Assembly: GCA_050011875.1 (NCBI GenBank)
Contig: JBEKIG010000004.1
Span: forward strand, 32,001-96,000
Length of the DNA: 64,000 nucleotides
Direction: 5' to 3'
From: Nitrososphaeria archaeon
GTDB lineage: Archaea; Thermoproteota; Nitrososphaeria; JACIWG01
In this document: positions 1-9,993 of the stretch, in pieces
How the letters are laid out: each line of letters begins with the position of its first letter
How positions within the stretch are numbered: position 1 is the first letter of the stretch
Notes under the pieces: generated by a model
Seen by the model: only the letters and a program-made list of their open reading frames with translations
Told to the model about the DNA's origin: nothing
The model's database searches: none
Program-made: the position numbers and the translations under genes

Positions 1-340
1 TATCCCTCTCCCTTCGAATATCATCTTTTATGATAAAATCCAGGTCGGAGCCTATTAGATGTATGTTGGAACCAGAAGATGGATCTTTCCTTCTGTTCAG
101 AAGGTATGCGAGATCCAACTTGCTTTGAAGATTTTTTGTATATTCATCTATCCTATTTAGGTCAGCTTCGGAAAGCGAACCCAACCTCGTATCAGTGTCA
201 ATATTTAGCTTGTTTAAAATGGCGTTTGCAGTGTTAAAACCTATACCTTTAATATCCGCTAGAGCGGGTAAAATCTTCTTTTTACCGTTAAGGTCTTTCC
301 CACCTAACCTGATTATTTGTCTAAACTCCGATGATGACGT
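1..340 (-). CDS. rps13: 30S ribosomal protein uS13 (3' end runs off the window; not in the ORF track)
   Basis: Manual translation gives SSSEFRQIIRLGGKDLNGKKKILPALADIKGIGFNTANAIL...YLLNRRKDPSSG...LIGSDLDFIIKDDIRRE, typical of archaeal uS13. No in-frame ATG/GTG/TTG lies between the upstream stop and the conserved N-terminus; ACG at 340-338 follows a GAGGAG RBS. Confidence 0.9.
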
Positions 341-412
341 ATTCTCCTCGCCTTACAAACTCCCTAAATTACTCCTTATTAAATAGTTTTTTGTTAAAAC
401 AAGAAAATATAA

Positions 413-709
413 TCAAAACTTTTGATATTTCCATTCTACGACATCGTCAGCTGAAAGGACAGTCTTAAGCGGGCCCGAATTGGATGCGACGCCGTTAACG
501 TACAAGGACCAGTAACGTGAGGAGCCTACATCGTTTGAAATGCCAAAGAAGCTAGAAATAGCGAAATCTCCGTACTCGGCGGAGTAATTATAGTCTACGA
601 CATCACCAAAAGCCAACAGTGTAGCATTAAATGCTGAAAAACCGTTTCCTGCGATAAAATGAACTGCCTTTGCTTACATGGTTCCGTTATTAAAATTTAC
701 GACGACTAA
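413..709 (-). pseudogene. Second DUF4430 (transcobalamin C-terminal-like) domain, interrupted by a stop codon
   Basis: In frame with the upstream DUF4430 gene: LVVVNFNNGTM*AKAVHFIAGNGFSAFNATLL...ISSFFGISND...YWSLYVNG...LSADDVVEWKY, with TAA at 676-674. Confidence 0.6.
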
Positions 710-1186
710 TCATGGAGATGGGAGATTTTTAGTATTTTCGAAATACCATGCAACGATGTCGTTATTCTTTAAGCTATAAGCATCCGCCCCTACCGATCCA
801 AGTGTCCAAGAGTGTGAAGCGCTATTCCAGACCCACCAAATCCAATAATAAGACACTGTGCTTGACACCCCATTTATTGCAGTGATAAACGAAGGCCCAT
901 AGACAGACGAGTAGTTAACATTCCCATTTGTTACTTTGACGGTTGCATTATAGAGCGACCACCCTATGGGTATTAGCGTTTGGTTGTACCATGTTTTTGT
1001 CCCGTTATTATCTAATAATATGTTTACAGTATATGAAACAACTCCCAACTTTGCAAGTTCCTCATTGTATTGTCTCTTCATGGTCACGTATTCTTGGTGA
1101 TAGTATATTGTTGTTGCTGCAGTGATCATCGAAACAAGTAGGAAAACAATTAGCCCTATAGTCAGTATTCTTTCGTGTTGACTCAT
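710..1186 (-). CDS. Membrane-anchored DUF4430 domain protein (putative cobalamin/vitamin-binding)
   Basis: N-terminal TM helix, then FITAINGV..YYWIWWVWN..GADAYSLKNNDIVAWYF; overlaps the ECF S-component gene. Confidence 0.75.
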   Translation of the reverse strand: MSQHERILTIGLIVFLLVSMITAATTIYYHQEYVTMKRQYNEELAKLGVVSYTVNILLDNNGTKTWYNQTLIPIGWSLYNATVKVTNGNVNYSSVYGPSFITAINGVSSTVSYYWIWWVWNSASHSWTLGSVGADAYSLKNNDIVAWYFENTKNLPSP

Positions 1187-1755
1187 GCCTTGCCACCTCC
1201 TGTAAAAGTTCTTATGACTTTAGTTAACGGATAGACTGCAGAAAAGAATAGGATAAAGTTACTCGCCTCATGCAGGATTCCAAAAAAGGGAGGAATAAAC
1301 CATCCAACCACAATTGCGGTTACTAGTGGCACATCGAAGACGACTGCGAAAACAATGTTCGTGAACAGGTCGTAGATTATGGTGAGGACTAGACCCCATA
1401 GACCTATCTCAAGGCTGAATCTGAAGACGTTAAAGGTTTTTTCTGTGGTTTTATAGCTTATTCTTCCTAAGATTCCGCCCACAATTCCAAAGGCAGCTTC
1501 GCCAACCATGGTCGACATCAATACGGGGAAACTGAAGCCAAAAGGGTTTATAGCACCATACACTATCCACACCAATGCTCCAGTAGTTGCGCCTATGGAT
1601 GCGCCAAATACAAAGCCGGTGATGAAGACCACTAGATCCATGATTTTTATGTTTGGTAACCCTATGAGGGCGTAGTTCCCACCGACGCACAGGGCTGTGA
1701 GTACCGTGATTAGGCTTATGTCTCTGACCGTTAAGTGAGGGAATAAGATGTTCAT
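1183..1755 (-). CDS. ECF transporter substrate-specific (S) component
   Basis: 190 aa and highly hydrophobic; 'VRDISLITVLTALCV...PNIKIMDLVVFITGFVFG' matches the S-component pattern. Confidence 0.75.
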   Translation of the reverse strand: MNILFPHLTVRDISLITVLTALCVGGNYALIGLPNIKIMDLVVFITGFVFGASIGATTGALVWIVYGAINPFGFSFPVLMSTMVGEAAFGIVGGILGRISYKTTEKTFNVFRFSLEIGLWGLVLTIIYDLFTNIVFAVVFDVPLVTAIVVGWFIPPFFGILHEASNFILFFSAVYPLTKVIRTFTGGGKA

Positions 1756-1839
1756 AGGATGTTCATAACCATTGTAACGCTACGGCAGTAGCAGTTATGC
1801 TTGATATTAGCGCTATTTTTTTTATTCTATTTTCCATCA

Positions 1840-1868
1840 TGGTTGGATTATCCAACCAGCTTAATAAA
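1840..1868 (-). promoter_or_regulatory. Perfect palindrome TGGTTGGAT-T-ATCCAACCA next to a TATA-like box (TTTATTAA on the - strand)
   Basis: 9-bp inverted repeat at 1840-1858, lying between the TATA-like box (1868-1861) and the start of the ECF/DUF4430 operon. Confidence 0.55.
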
Positions 1869-1916
1869 GTATTAAACATCTAAACCCTAAAATGAAAGAT
1901 GGGTTGATTTATAAGA

Positions 1917-3266
1917 TTAGAAGGGTTCGGGATGAATTGTAACCACGCATTCTCCGGTGTATTTCTTGATCATGTTTTCGATAACATTAATTTCTTTATG
2001 GACTTCTTCAATAGAATCTATGCCATTGAATGAGCATGTGATGTCCACATATTTGTTGCCCTTACTCTTGTAAATCTTTATTGAGGAAACCTTCTTTATC
2101 TTTTGATCAGAGGCCAGTATCTTGGTAATGCCGCTGATATCTTCCTCTTCATAAATGATTTCTCCTCTGCTTGTGTCAGAGGAAGCTTCTATGTGAACTG
2201 TCGTCTTTTGAACGTTAGGGAAAAAGAGTTTAATATCTTTTTCAATCTTTTCGGAAATCTGATGAGCCTCTGACAATGGAAGATTGGGATTAACTTCAAT
2301 GTGGAGGGTTAAGAATGTCCCTTCCTCTGTTTTTGTCGAAATTATCTGATGAACGTCTTTAACATTTTTGTTCTTCATAACAACTTTTTCGACTTGATCT
2401 GAAAAAGGCAATTCTTCCTCTGCTGGTTCGTAATGAACCATAATCGTAGCGTTTTTAATTAAACTTTTGATCCTCTCTTCTACGGTTGACGAAATATTGT
2501 GGGCGCTCTCTATGTTGATCGTAGAAGACAATAATATTGTAACATCAATGAAATATTTTGTTCCAACCTTCCTCATCCTAAGCGACCTAAATCCCTTAAG
2601 TCCATCGATATTCTCCAGTAAGGATTCAACAGCTTTATACTCTCTAGCAGGGGCTATATCGCTCAATTCTAGGGAAGCGTTATAGATCAGCTTTAAACTT
2701 AGAAAACCGAGCATACAACTAATGAACAGTGAGCCAAGTGTGTCAGTGAAAACAAAGCCGAAGAATGAAAGAGTTAGACCCAATAATGCCACTATAGTTG
2801 AAGAAAAATCCGAAAGGGCATTAAAAAAGTTTGCTCTGGCAGAGATTGAGCCTTTGATATTTCTTAGAATCATAATTCTGAAAACATCTGTACACAGGGT
2901 GTAGAACACAGCGACAAAAGCGAAAGCCGCAAACTCTTTGGATAGATGCACACTTTGGGAGAACCTAATTATTGATTCATAAAACAGTAGGGACGCGATT
3001 CCAAAAAGCGCAATACCTCCAAATTGTCCGCCGAGCGTTTCGATCTTCTCATGACCGTATGTATGGTCGATGTCAGGAGGCTGCAATGAGATTTTCGTAG
3101 CGTAGAGCAACCACGCTGTTGTTACGGCGTCAAGGGCAGCGTGAGCTGCGTCGGTAATTACAACCAAACTATTAGCTAGGAAGCCTGCTGCGAATTCGAA
3201 AAGAACTACTGATAAAATAGCGTAGAGAGACCATTTGATCGCTCTAACTTTATCAAAATCGCTCAT
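1917..3266 (-). CDS. Cation diffusion facilitator (CDF) transporter with repeated C-terminal dimerization domains
   Basis: DAAHAALD and PPDIDHTYGHEKIE motifs; three C-terminal repeats ending MVHYEP, TVHIEA and TIHPEP. Confidence 0.9.
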   Translation of the reverse strand: MSDFDKVRAIKWSLYAILSVVLFEFAAGFLANSLVVITDAAHAALDAVTTAWLLYATKISLQPPDIDHTYGHEKIETLGGQFGGIALFGIASLLFYESIIRFSQSVHLSKEFAAFAFVAVFYTLCTDVFRIMILRNIKGSISARANFFNALSDFSSTIVALLGLTLSFFGFVFTDTLGSLFISCMLGFLSLKLIYNASLELSDIAPAREYKAVESLLENIDGLKGFRSLRMRKVGTKYFIDVTILLSSTINIESAHNISSTVEERIKSLIKNATIMVHYEPAEEELPFSDQVEKVVMKNKNVKDVHQIISTKTEEGTFLTLHIEVNPNLPLSEAHQISEKIEKDIKLFFPNVQKTTVHIEASSDTSRGEIIYEEEDISGITKILASDQKIKKVSSIKIYKSKGNKYVDITCSFNGIDSIEEVHKEINVIENMIKKYTGECVVTIHPEPF

Positions 3267-3320
3267 GCGACCCTTTCTTCTCCTAAATCAGGAGTTTTAG
3301 GTGAGAGATTTAAGGATATT

Positions 3321-3941
3321 TTATAAGTTCAGTGTTAATGCAGCCGCAAAACATCCTAGGTACGCCTGCTGAGTGCTTCCGGCACCACAGATTATTATGA
3401 TATCTCCATTATTAGGGGATATCGAAATCCTGATCTTCTCCCACGTCTCTTGTGGGTACAGAGCTTCGCAGTCTTCCCCACTTGGAAATTTAAAGTGCTC
3501 ATTTTCATATTCCAATGTTATGGCACCCTTAGCGCCATACCTTATGGATTCGTCCCTTTGTTCAATTCCGTAGGACACTCTCCCTCTACCCTTATCAACT
3601 CTAACTATAACACTAAACTCACCTAAAGAAAGCGAACCAAAGGATCCTTCTTTGAGCGTTGGGAATACAGACTTTAGCTTAGAAAAAAATGTTAAACCGC
3701 TTTCACTTAATAGGACACCTTCCCTAGTTATGTTAATTATGCCTTTCTCCTTTAACCTTCTAAGCATAGTCCTAACAGAGCCTTCACCAAGTCCAAGGAA
3801 ATCAGAAATTTCAGAACGGCTCTTTGGAGAAAGTTCACCCAACCAATAAATAAGAAGGCCCATGTATACGTGGTCAAAGGATTCCATAGGACCAGTGTAC
3901 TTTTTTTGGGAAATATCTTGAAGCTCGCTTGTTATGGTCAT
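3321..3941 (-). CDS. Winged-HTH protein, DUF4443-like
   Basis: N-terminal wHTH (SRSEISDFLGLGEGSVRTMLRRL); GIEQRDESIRYGAKGAITL motif. Confidence 0.7.
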   Translation of the reverse strand: MTITSELQDISQKKYTGPMESFDHVYMGLLIYWLGELSPKSRSEISDFLGLGEGSVRTMLRRLKEKGIINITREGVLLSESGLTFFSKLKSVFPTLKEGSFGSLSLGEFSVIVRVDKGRGRVSYGIEQRDESIRYGAKGAITLEYENEHFKFPSGEDCEALYPQETWEKIRISISPNNGDIIIICGAGSTQQAYLGCFAAALTLNL

Positions 3942-4177
3942 GACGTTTTAAGAATGGCGATTCGTAAGTTTATAAGGCTTAGTGTTTTTTCTTTCCAATT
4001 AAAAAGAATTTTCCTATTTCTGCGTTAGACCAGACCTGTGATCGCTAAATTATTTGTTTTTATCAAAATACACTTAAACATAAAAGTTTTAAAAAAGAGC
4101 GAAGTATCTAAGATTGTATGTTGGCATCGACAATTGGGAAACATCGGTTTTAGCTAATTATTAGGTCTATACTAGGC

Positions 4178-5173
4178 TTATTGGTCATCGATTATTACAT
4201 AATCATTTGGGTTAGGAGTGGAGTAGCTAAGTATGGTCAATGGTTCACTAGAGGAAATCTTGTGCTTTTTAAGGGGAAGGATGTGGACTACATCTCCTTC
4301 GCTGACCTTGACCTTTTCGTCATCCAGATCGAGGTACCCTTCACCCGAAATAATATGGATTGTCTCATCCCTTTCCATATGATAATGCATGGGAATGGAG
4401 CATTCTTTCATAACATAGTACTGCGTTGTCATATACTTGTCCGAAATCGCTATACTTTTTTCGTACCCCCAAGGCTTGTCTATTCTGTTAACGAACTCCT
4501 TTTTAACTATCTCAAGATCCTTTTGGGAGTCAACTGATTGCCAGAATGCACCTTCTTCCATATAGTAGTTGAGCAGACCTTCTTTAGCGAGAGACGGAAA
4601 CACTGCCTTTTCAACAGCGCCTTCATCAAAAGCCAGAAACCGATCTTTTATGCTACAGTCTATAATATAAATGCCTGCGTTAATATAATATGGTAAAGTA
4701 GGCTTTTCTTTGAAACCGCTTATCTTACCATTAGAAAGTTCAACTATACCGTAAGGGGAAACAAGTTTTGTCACTGCAATGCTTGCAGTGTTAATAGTAA
4801 AATGATCAAGCATCTGTCTGATGTTCATGTCGGTTACAATATCACCGTTCATTACAAGATAACGTTGGAAGTCATATTCCTTAAGGAGGCTATTTATCGC
4901 ATATAATGTGCCACCTGGCTTCTCCTCTATTGAGTATGTGATTTTCATGCCATTCCAGCTTTTTCCGTATTTTTCTTCTATCTTCTCATGAAGATAACCA
5001 GAAAGAAGGCAGACCTGCCCGATCCCAGCATATTTCATTTGGAAGAGTTGTCTGTCCAAAATAGAATAATTTTCTTTTATCTCAATCAGTGACTTGGGAG
5101 TATAATCGGTAATGGGTCTTAGCCTCTTGCCCAGCCCTCCACAAAGTATTCCACCTATTATATTATTAGACAT
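4178..5173 (-). CDS. Sugar-phosphate nucleotidyltransferase with C-terminal cupin
   Basis: GGLGKRLRPIT..PK signature; C-terminal KPWG..HYH..E cupin (MPI-like). Confidence 0.85.
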   Translation of the reverse strand: MSNNIIGGILCGGLGKRLRPITDYTPKSLIEIKENYSILDRQLFQMKYAGIGQVCLLSGYLHEKIEEKYGKSWNGMKITYSIEEKPGGTLYAINSLLKEYDFQRYLVMNGDIVTDMNIRQMLDHFTINTASIAVTKLVSPYGIVELSNGKISGFKEKPTLPYYINAGIYIIDCSIKDRFLAFDEGAVEKAVFPSLAKEGLLNYYMEEGAFWQSVDSQKDLEIVKKEFVNRIDKPWGYEKSIAISDKYMTTQYYVMKECSIPMHYHMERDETIHIISGEGYLDLDDEKVKVSEGDVVHILPLKKHKISSSEPLTILSYSTPNPNDYVIIDDQ

Positions 5174-5203
5174 CGCGTGTACACTTTTATGTAATTCATT
5201 TTA

Positions 5204-6421
5204 CTACTTTTTTTCGAGAAGCTCTTTTACAGCCTTATTGATTCTGGCTACACCCTCCTGTATAGCTTCTGAGCTCGATGCAAAAGATAATCTGATGAAC
5301 TCGTATCCAGCTTTATCCGGAAATACAGAACCAGGCAAAGTTACAACGTAATATTTGTTTATCAGGCGCTCAACAAGATCTTCCGATGAAATTCCTGTCT
5401 CTCTAGTAAACTTGGATACGTTCGGAAACATATAGAATGCACCTTTACTGGGCCAGACCTCAAAGCTTGGGACCTGCCTAAGCAACTTTGCCATTAGATC
5501 CCTGCGTTTTTGGAAAAGCTGTATCATGCTCTTAACAGGTTCCCACGTGCCTGTGATTGCTGCAACCGCGCCCTTCTGTGCGAAGCTTGTAGGGCAGGAG
5601 TATATATTCACGGCGAGCCTTGTTAGCTTTCTTGCGACATCTTCTTTAACGACCGTGTACCCTAAACGCCAACCTGTCATTGAGAACGTCTTGCTAAATC
5701 CATTTAAATAAACGACATAATCTTTCCAGTCGCTTTCTGTAAGAATACTTTTAAACTCTGCATTATCGTATATGAAGTTATCGTATATTTCATCGACCAA
5801 TAAAACTAAATTATTTTCCTTCACTATTTCATAAACTTTTTTCACTTCGGAAGGTTTGAACAAAGCTCCGGTAGGATTTTGGGGGCTGTTCAAAACGATC
5901 ATCTTCGTTTTCTTTGTTACCGATGAGCGAATCTTCTCTACATCAAGACCGAAGCCCATTTCTGGCCCCAACCACCTGAGAGGCACAAACACCGGCTTAG
6001 CACCTACAAAGTACGCTACTTCAGAGTACGCTGGGAAAGCTGGTTCAGGGATGATGATTTCTTCACCGGGATTAAGATATGAAGCAACGCTTAGAAATAT
6101 AGAAGCTTTGCCACCAGGTGTGACTATGATTTCCGAGGGTTTAACACCAGCCGCATACCGCCCATTAAGATATGACGCTATGCCGTCTCTTAGTTCTGGA
6201 ATCCCAGCTGTTTCAGTGTAACCAGTAAAGCCTTCATCTAAAGCCTTCTTTGCTGCTTCAACAATATGAGGAAAAGTTGGAAGGTCAGGCTGGCCTACGC
6301 CAAATGTGATCACGGGGAGCCCTCTGTTTGCAAGCTCTCTGGTTTTGCCTACGTAGATAAAGGCAGCTTCACCTATTAATTTTGGAACAATCGGCTTAAT
6401 ATTTTCGGTTGGAGATTTCAA
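5204..6421 (-). CDS. PLP-dependent class I/II aminotransferase (aspartate aminotransferase-like)
   Basis: GQPD, NSPQNPTG, DEIY and SKTFSMTGWRLG motifs. Confidence 0.9.
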   Translation of the reverse strand: MKSPTENIKPIVPKLIGEAAFIYVGKTRELANRGLPVITFGVGQPDLPTFPHIVEAAKKALDEGFTGYTETAGIPELRDGIASYLNGRYAAGVKPSEIIVTPGGKASIFLSVASYLNPGEEIIIPEPAFPAYSEVAYFVGAKPVFVPLRWLGPEMGFGLDVEKIRSSVTKKTKMIVLNSPQNPTGALFKPSEVKKVYEIVKENNLVLLVDEIYDNFIYDNAEFKSILTESDWKDYVVYLNGFSKTFSMTGWRLGYTVVKEDVARKLTRLAVNIYSCPTSFAQKGAVAAITGTWEPVKSMIQLFQKRRDLMAKLLRQVPSFEVWPSKGAFYMFPNVSKFTRETGISSEDLVERLINKYYVVTLPGSVFPDKAGYEFIRLSFASSSEAIQEGVARINKAVKELLEKK

Positions 6422-6500
6422 TCCAATACGCCTCTTTCTATGATGAATTTTAAGTTAATAAATTTTTGCAAAAAAGATGCAAGAAAAACTATTTTTAATA

Positions 6501-7439
6501 CTACATTGTCACATAATCTTTAGCAACATCCAAAACGGCTCGCAAGAGATTCTGTAGTTCGTCTCCTATCATGTAAGTCATAGGCTCTAAGCCGAAGGCT
6601 CCTTCATCAAAGACAACAAACAAGGGTTCATTTTTTGATTTGATTATGTTCTTCACGCCTTCTATGACACCATTCTCACTAGGCTTTCCACTATGTTCGG
6701 TCTTAGCGTAGGGAAGCTTTATTGATTGAACAACAGACTTCAGCTTTTCATCGAACTTTACATTGATCACGGCTTTATAGTTTGGGTTCGTTCGTTGAAT
6801 TTCAAGTAAAAGTTTTGCTATATGACTCTGAATTCCGAATTCAGGGGATGAAGTAGCTTTAGCTAGATTTCTAACCCGCACGATTCTTCCCGGTACCGTT
6901 GCGATATCGTCGATGGTTTCTGCTGAGCCCGATGATGCCGCAATGTTAACGTAAACCTCAGGTATTATCGCAGCAAAGTAAGGAGACGTTTCAATTGAAG
7001 AAATAGCTCTTATCATGGATTTTATGAGCTCTCCCTTTTCCTCATTATATCTGGTGAATGAAAAGAGCTTCACACATGCTGTACAATCTTTTACGGCAGA
7101 TACTTTCTTTCTGTGTAAAGCGCAGACCTGTCCACCTATTACAAGTTCACGCCAGATGGCGTGCAACGTTTCAACTGATCGAGGAATGTTTGATACGACA
7201 TCATCCGCTAACATTTCTATATCTCTGTCCATCGACTTCTCGTTCAAACCTATTTCCACCAACTTCTTTCTAAAGTAAGAAGGATTTTTTCCAAGGTAAT
7301 AGCTTATAGATGGCTGAGTGATTCCAAGTGACTGTGATATCTGAGTCTGCGAGTATCCCCTGCCTTTCAGCTTATGGGCTACGAGGCCTCGCATGTTCGG
7401 AAGGAAATCCTTTGACATAATTTCACAAAACGAGAACAT
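6501..7439 (-). CDS. ThiR-like regulator (HTH + ThiN-type domain)
   Basis: N-terminal HTH (YSQTQISQSLGITQPSISYY); IPEVYVNI, VPGRI, PEFG and GLEP motifs of the ThiN fold. Confidence 0.75.
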   Translation of the reverse strand: MFSFCEIMSKDFLPNMRGLVAHKLKGRGYSQTQISQSLGITQPSISYYLGKNPSYFRKKLVEIGLNEKSMDRDIEMLADDVVSNIPRSVETLHAIWRELVIGGQVCALHRKKVSAVKDCTACVKLFSFTRYNEEKGELIKSMIRAISSIETSPYFAAIIPEVYVNIAASSGSAETIDDIATVPGRIVRVRNLAKATSSPEFGIQSHIAKLLLEIQRTNPNYKAVINVKFDEKLKSVVQSIKLPYAKTEHSGKPSENGVIEGVKNIIKSKNEPLFVVFDEGAFGLEPMTYMIGDELQNLLRAVLDVAKDYVTM

Positions 7440-7658
7440 TCAATAATCTACTTATAAAGTGGGTTATAAAAACTTAGCTTAAGAAGAATACGTTTAAGGT
7501 TGCTGGTTAAACTTCTAAAAAAGCAGAATTATATTAGAAGAGTTCGAGATTTGCAATGGTTCTTTTAAGATAGGAAGTTTAGATTCCTATAATATAAAAC
7601 CTATCCATCCAGACCGCACGAAAAGATTATATTTGAATAGGATTCTGAGAAAAAGTTA

Positions 7659-8720
7659 ATGCTCTACGTCATCCACACAACGGGGCAGTGCAACCTAAAA
7701 TGTGCCTATTGCGGTGGAAGTTTTCCAAAACAATTCGTGCCATGGGAGATAAAGTATAGCATCAGCTCCCTTAAAGAAATCGCTAAACGAGAAGAAATAG
7801 ACATCTGCTTCTATGGAGGAGAACCTCTATTAAACGGGGAGTTCATAAAAGAAGTGATCAAGTGTGTTCCTGCCAAGAGATTTATTGTACAGACGAATGG
7901 CCTTCTAGTAAAGGAATTTGATCCAAAATTCTGGGAAAACTTCGATACAATTCTTCTTTCAATAGATGGCGTTAGGGACGTCACAGATTTCTATCGTGGT
8001 GAAGGCATCTACGATAGAGTAGTTGAAGCAGCGCACATTCTCAAGGAAAGTGGGTATAGGGGCGATGTTGTTGCGAGAATGGCACTGGCCGAAGAAGGAG
8101 ATATTTTTAGAGACGTAACCCATCTCCTTTCTCTAAACCTTTTCAATCACGTACATTGGCAATTGAATGTGGTTTGGAGCCAAGCTTGGAAAAATTTCGA
8201 AAAATGGGTTGAAACTAATTACATGCCAGGCATAAAAAAGCTGGTCTATTATTGGATAAATAACATGCAAGAGGGAAGAGTGTTGGGGATCGCGCCTTTC
8301 CAGGGCGTTTTAAGGAGGATGATCTATGGGGGAGTGGCGCCACCGTGCGGTGCGGCTACTGACATGCTTTCAATATCAACTGATGGGCGAATTCTAGCAT
8401 GTCCGATAGCTTTCGAAGAAAGATGGGCCGAACTTTCCACTTTAAATGAGAATAAGAAGGATTTCAGAACTTGCTTTATCAAAGAACCGTGTACTGACTG
8501 CGATGTCTTCAAAGAATGTGGAGGGAGATGTCTTTACGCCTACATGGAAAGGTTTTGGGGGGAAGATGGATTCAATAAGATCTGCGAATTCACTAAGGAA
8601 CTAATATTTATGATCAGAAGTGAAAGGAACAAAATACTTGATTTAGTGAGCAGAGGAAAAATCAGGGAGGAAGAACTCTTTTACCCCAGCTATAACAATT
8701 CAATAGAAATAATACCTTAG
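7659..8720 (+). CDS. Radical SAM/SPASM protein (AF0577/TIGR04084-like)
   Basis: CNLKCAYC motif, GGEPLL, C-terminal CxxC...CGGRC and a NNSIEIIP tail. Confidence 0.8.
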   Translation: MLYVIHTTGQCNLKCAYCGGSFPKQFVPWEIKYSISSLKEIAKREEIDICFYGGEPLLNGEFIKEVIKCVPAKRFIVQTNGLLVKEFDPKFWENFDTILLSIDGVRDVTDFYRGEGIYDRVVEAAHILKESGYRGDVVARMALAEEGDIFRDVTHLLSLNLFNHVHWQLNVVWSQAWKNFEKWVETNYMPGIKKLVYYWINNMQEGRVLGIAPFQGVLRRMIYGGVAPPCGAATDMLSISTDGRILACPIAFEERWAELSTLNENKKDFRTCFIKEPCTDCDVFKECGGRCLYAYMERFWGEDGFNKICEFTKELIFMIRSERNKILDLVSRGKIREEELFYPSYNNSIEIIP

Positions 8721-8915
8721 ACAAAATTTCTTTTATAATTTCTAATTGAACCGCTGAGGATTCCCGTCTCCTTTCCGCTAAAGTTTCATCCGGGTCTAAT
8801 ATATGCAGTGCACAAAAAAGGTTGATAAAATCAAAATAGGCCTAAGGTTGAAACATAATGCGTTGACAAAAATTTGGCTATTTTGCTGGATTGGTCAGGG
8901 GTAGGGATTCGATTC

Positions 8916-9779
8916 TCATATGTTCGGCCTGCGATTTCGTCCGAGGAGAACCCAAATCCCCAGAAGGCCAACATTGGCAATGACGATTGCGGTACCAAGG
9001 TATAGAAGCAATTTCCCCAGACCTTGGTTGGGATAATCGACCGCTGATTGACGGACATAGACAACGGCGACGGTGAGGGGGACACCGGTTGGATTTGAAA
9101 TCGTGTAATTCACAAATCTGGTCCCCATTGGAATCGAATAGTCAGTCTCAGCGTAATTTGATTGAGTGCTGTATATTGTGCCGTTGACAGCTCCGATTGA
9201 GGTGATTTGGAACTCTGGCGGTATCGGAGAGGCGACTCCAAAGTAGACAAGATGCATGACACCGTGAATGTCCAATCCCCCCTCTCCGAACCAGAACATC
9301 GTCCCTCCCGGTGGCAGTGTGAAATTGGTGGGTGAAGTGCTGCTCCATTCCCCAATTAGCTGCGACTGCGAAGCGAGGATAGGACCTGTCACTATCATCA
9401 AAATGCCGAGTACGATCACAAGTGTTACCAGAACGCCAAATCCTTTCCTGACGACCTTCGAACCTCCAAGGTGCCCTTGTTCCGACCGAGATCTTTGGCT
9501 GAGCCGTTCAGTGGCTTCCACGACCCTGATGGCCTCTCTTCCCTCGTCAGTCAAGCCGTAGTTGCCTTCAGAATCAGGTTTGACCAGTGGACCCAACTTG
9601 TTCAAGTGAAAGGAGAGGTTTCCGCTACTTTCGATGTTAGTCGCCCGTTTGAGCTCAGAGAACCCCATCGGGTGATCAGACAACGTCTGTAGGATCAAGA
9701 TTCTCGTCGGGTGTGCCAGAGTTTCATAAAGTTCTGCCTTGTCTGAATTGAACTCATTAGCTGATTCACTTTGGGTCAC
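8916..9779 (-). CDS. Membrane-anchored ArsR-like winged-HTH protein
   Basis: TLAHPTRILIL..MGFSELKR..GNLSFHL, followed by two TM helices flanking a soluble domain. Confidence 0.75.
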   Translation of the reverse strand: MTQSESANEFNSDKAELYETLAHPTRILILQTLSDHPMGFSELKRATNIESSGNLSFHLNKLGPLVKPDSEGNYGLTDEGREAIRVVEATERLSQRSRSEQGHLGGSKVVRKGFGVLVTLVIVLGILMIVTGPILASQSQLIGEWSSTSPTNFTLPPGGTMFWFGEGGLDIHGVMHLVYFGVASPIPPEFQITSIGAVNGTIYSTQSNYAETDYSIPMGTRFVNYTISNPTGVPLTVAVVYVRQSAVDYPNQGLGKLLLYLGTAIVIANVGLLGIWVLLGRNRRPNI

Positions 9780-9993
9780 AATGATCCCTCCGCGAACGGA
9801 TATGTAGGACTTCGATTTAATACCTCTCTCGTTGACAGACCAAGAGGCCCTAGCGGATTAGTGGTCTTCAATTGTTGACTGGCGTCCATACACCCGTTAA
9901 AAGAGCTCGTCTCCTTGGATGTAGGTGACGTCGATTGGGCGGGGATTAATGTTTAATTACGCTTTCGACAATTATTTTGCGGTTGCTGATTTG

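Noticed and set aside
7659-8720. RiPP biosynthetic cluster around the SPASM enzyme
   Set aside because: No precursor peptide, PqqD-like domain or exporter is visible nearby.
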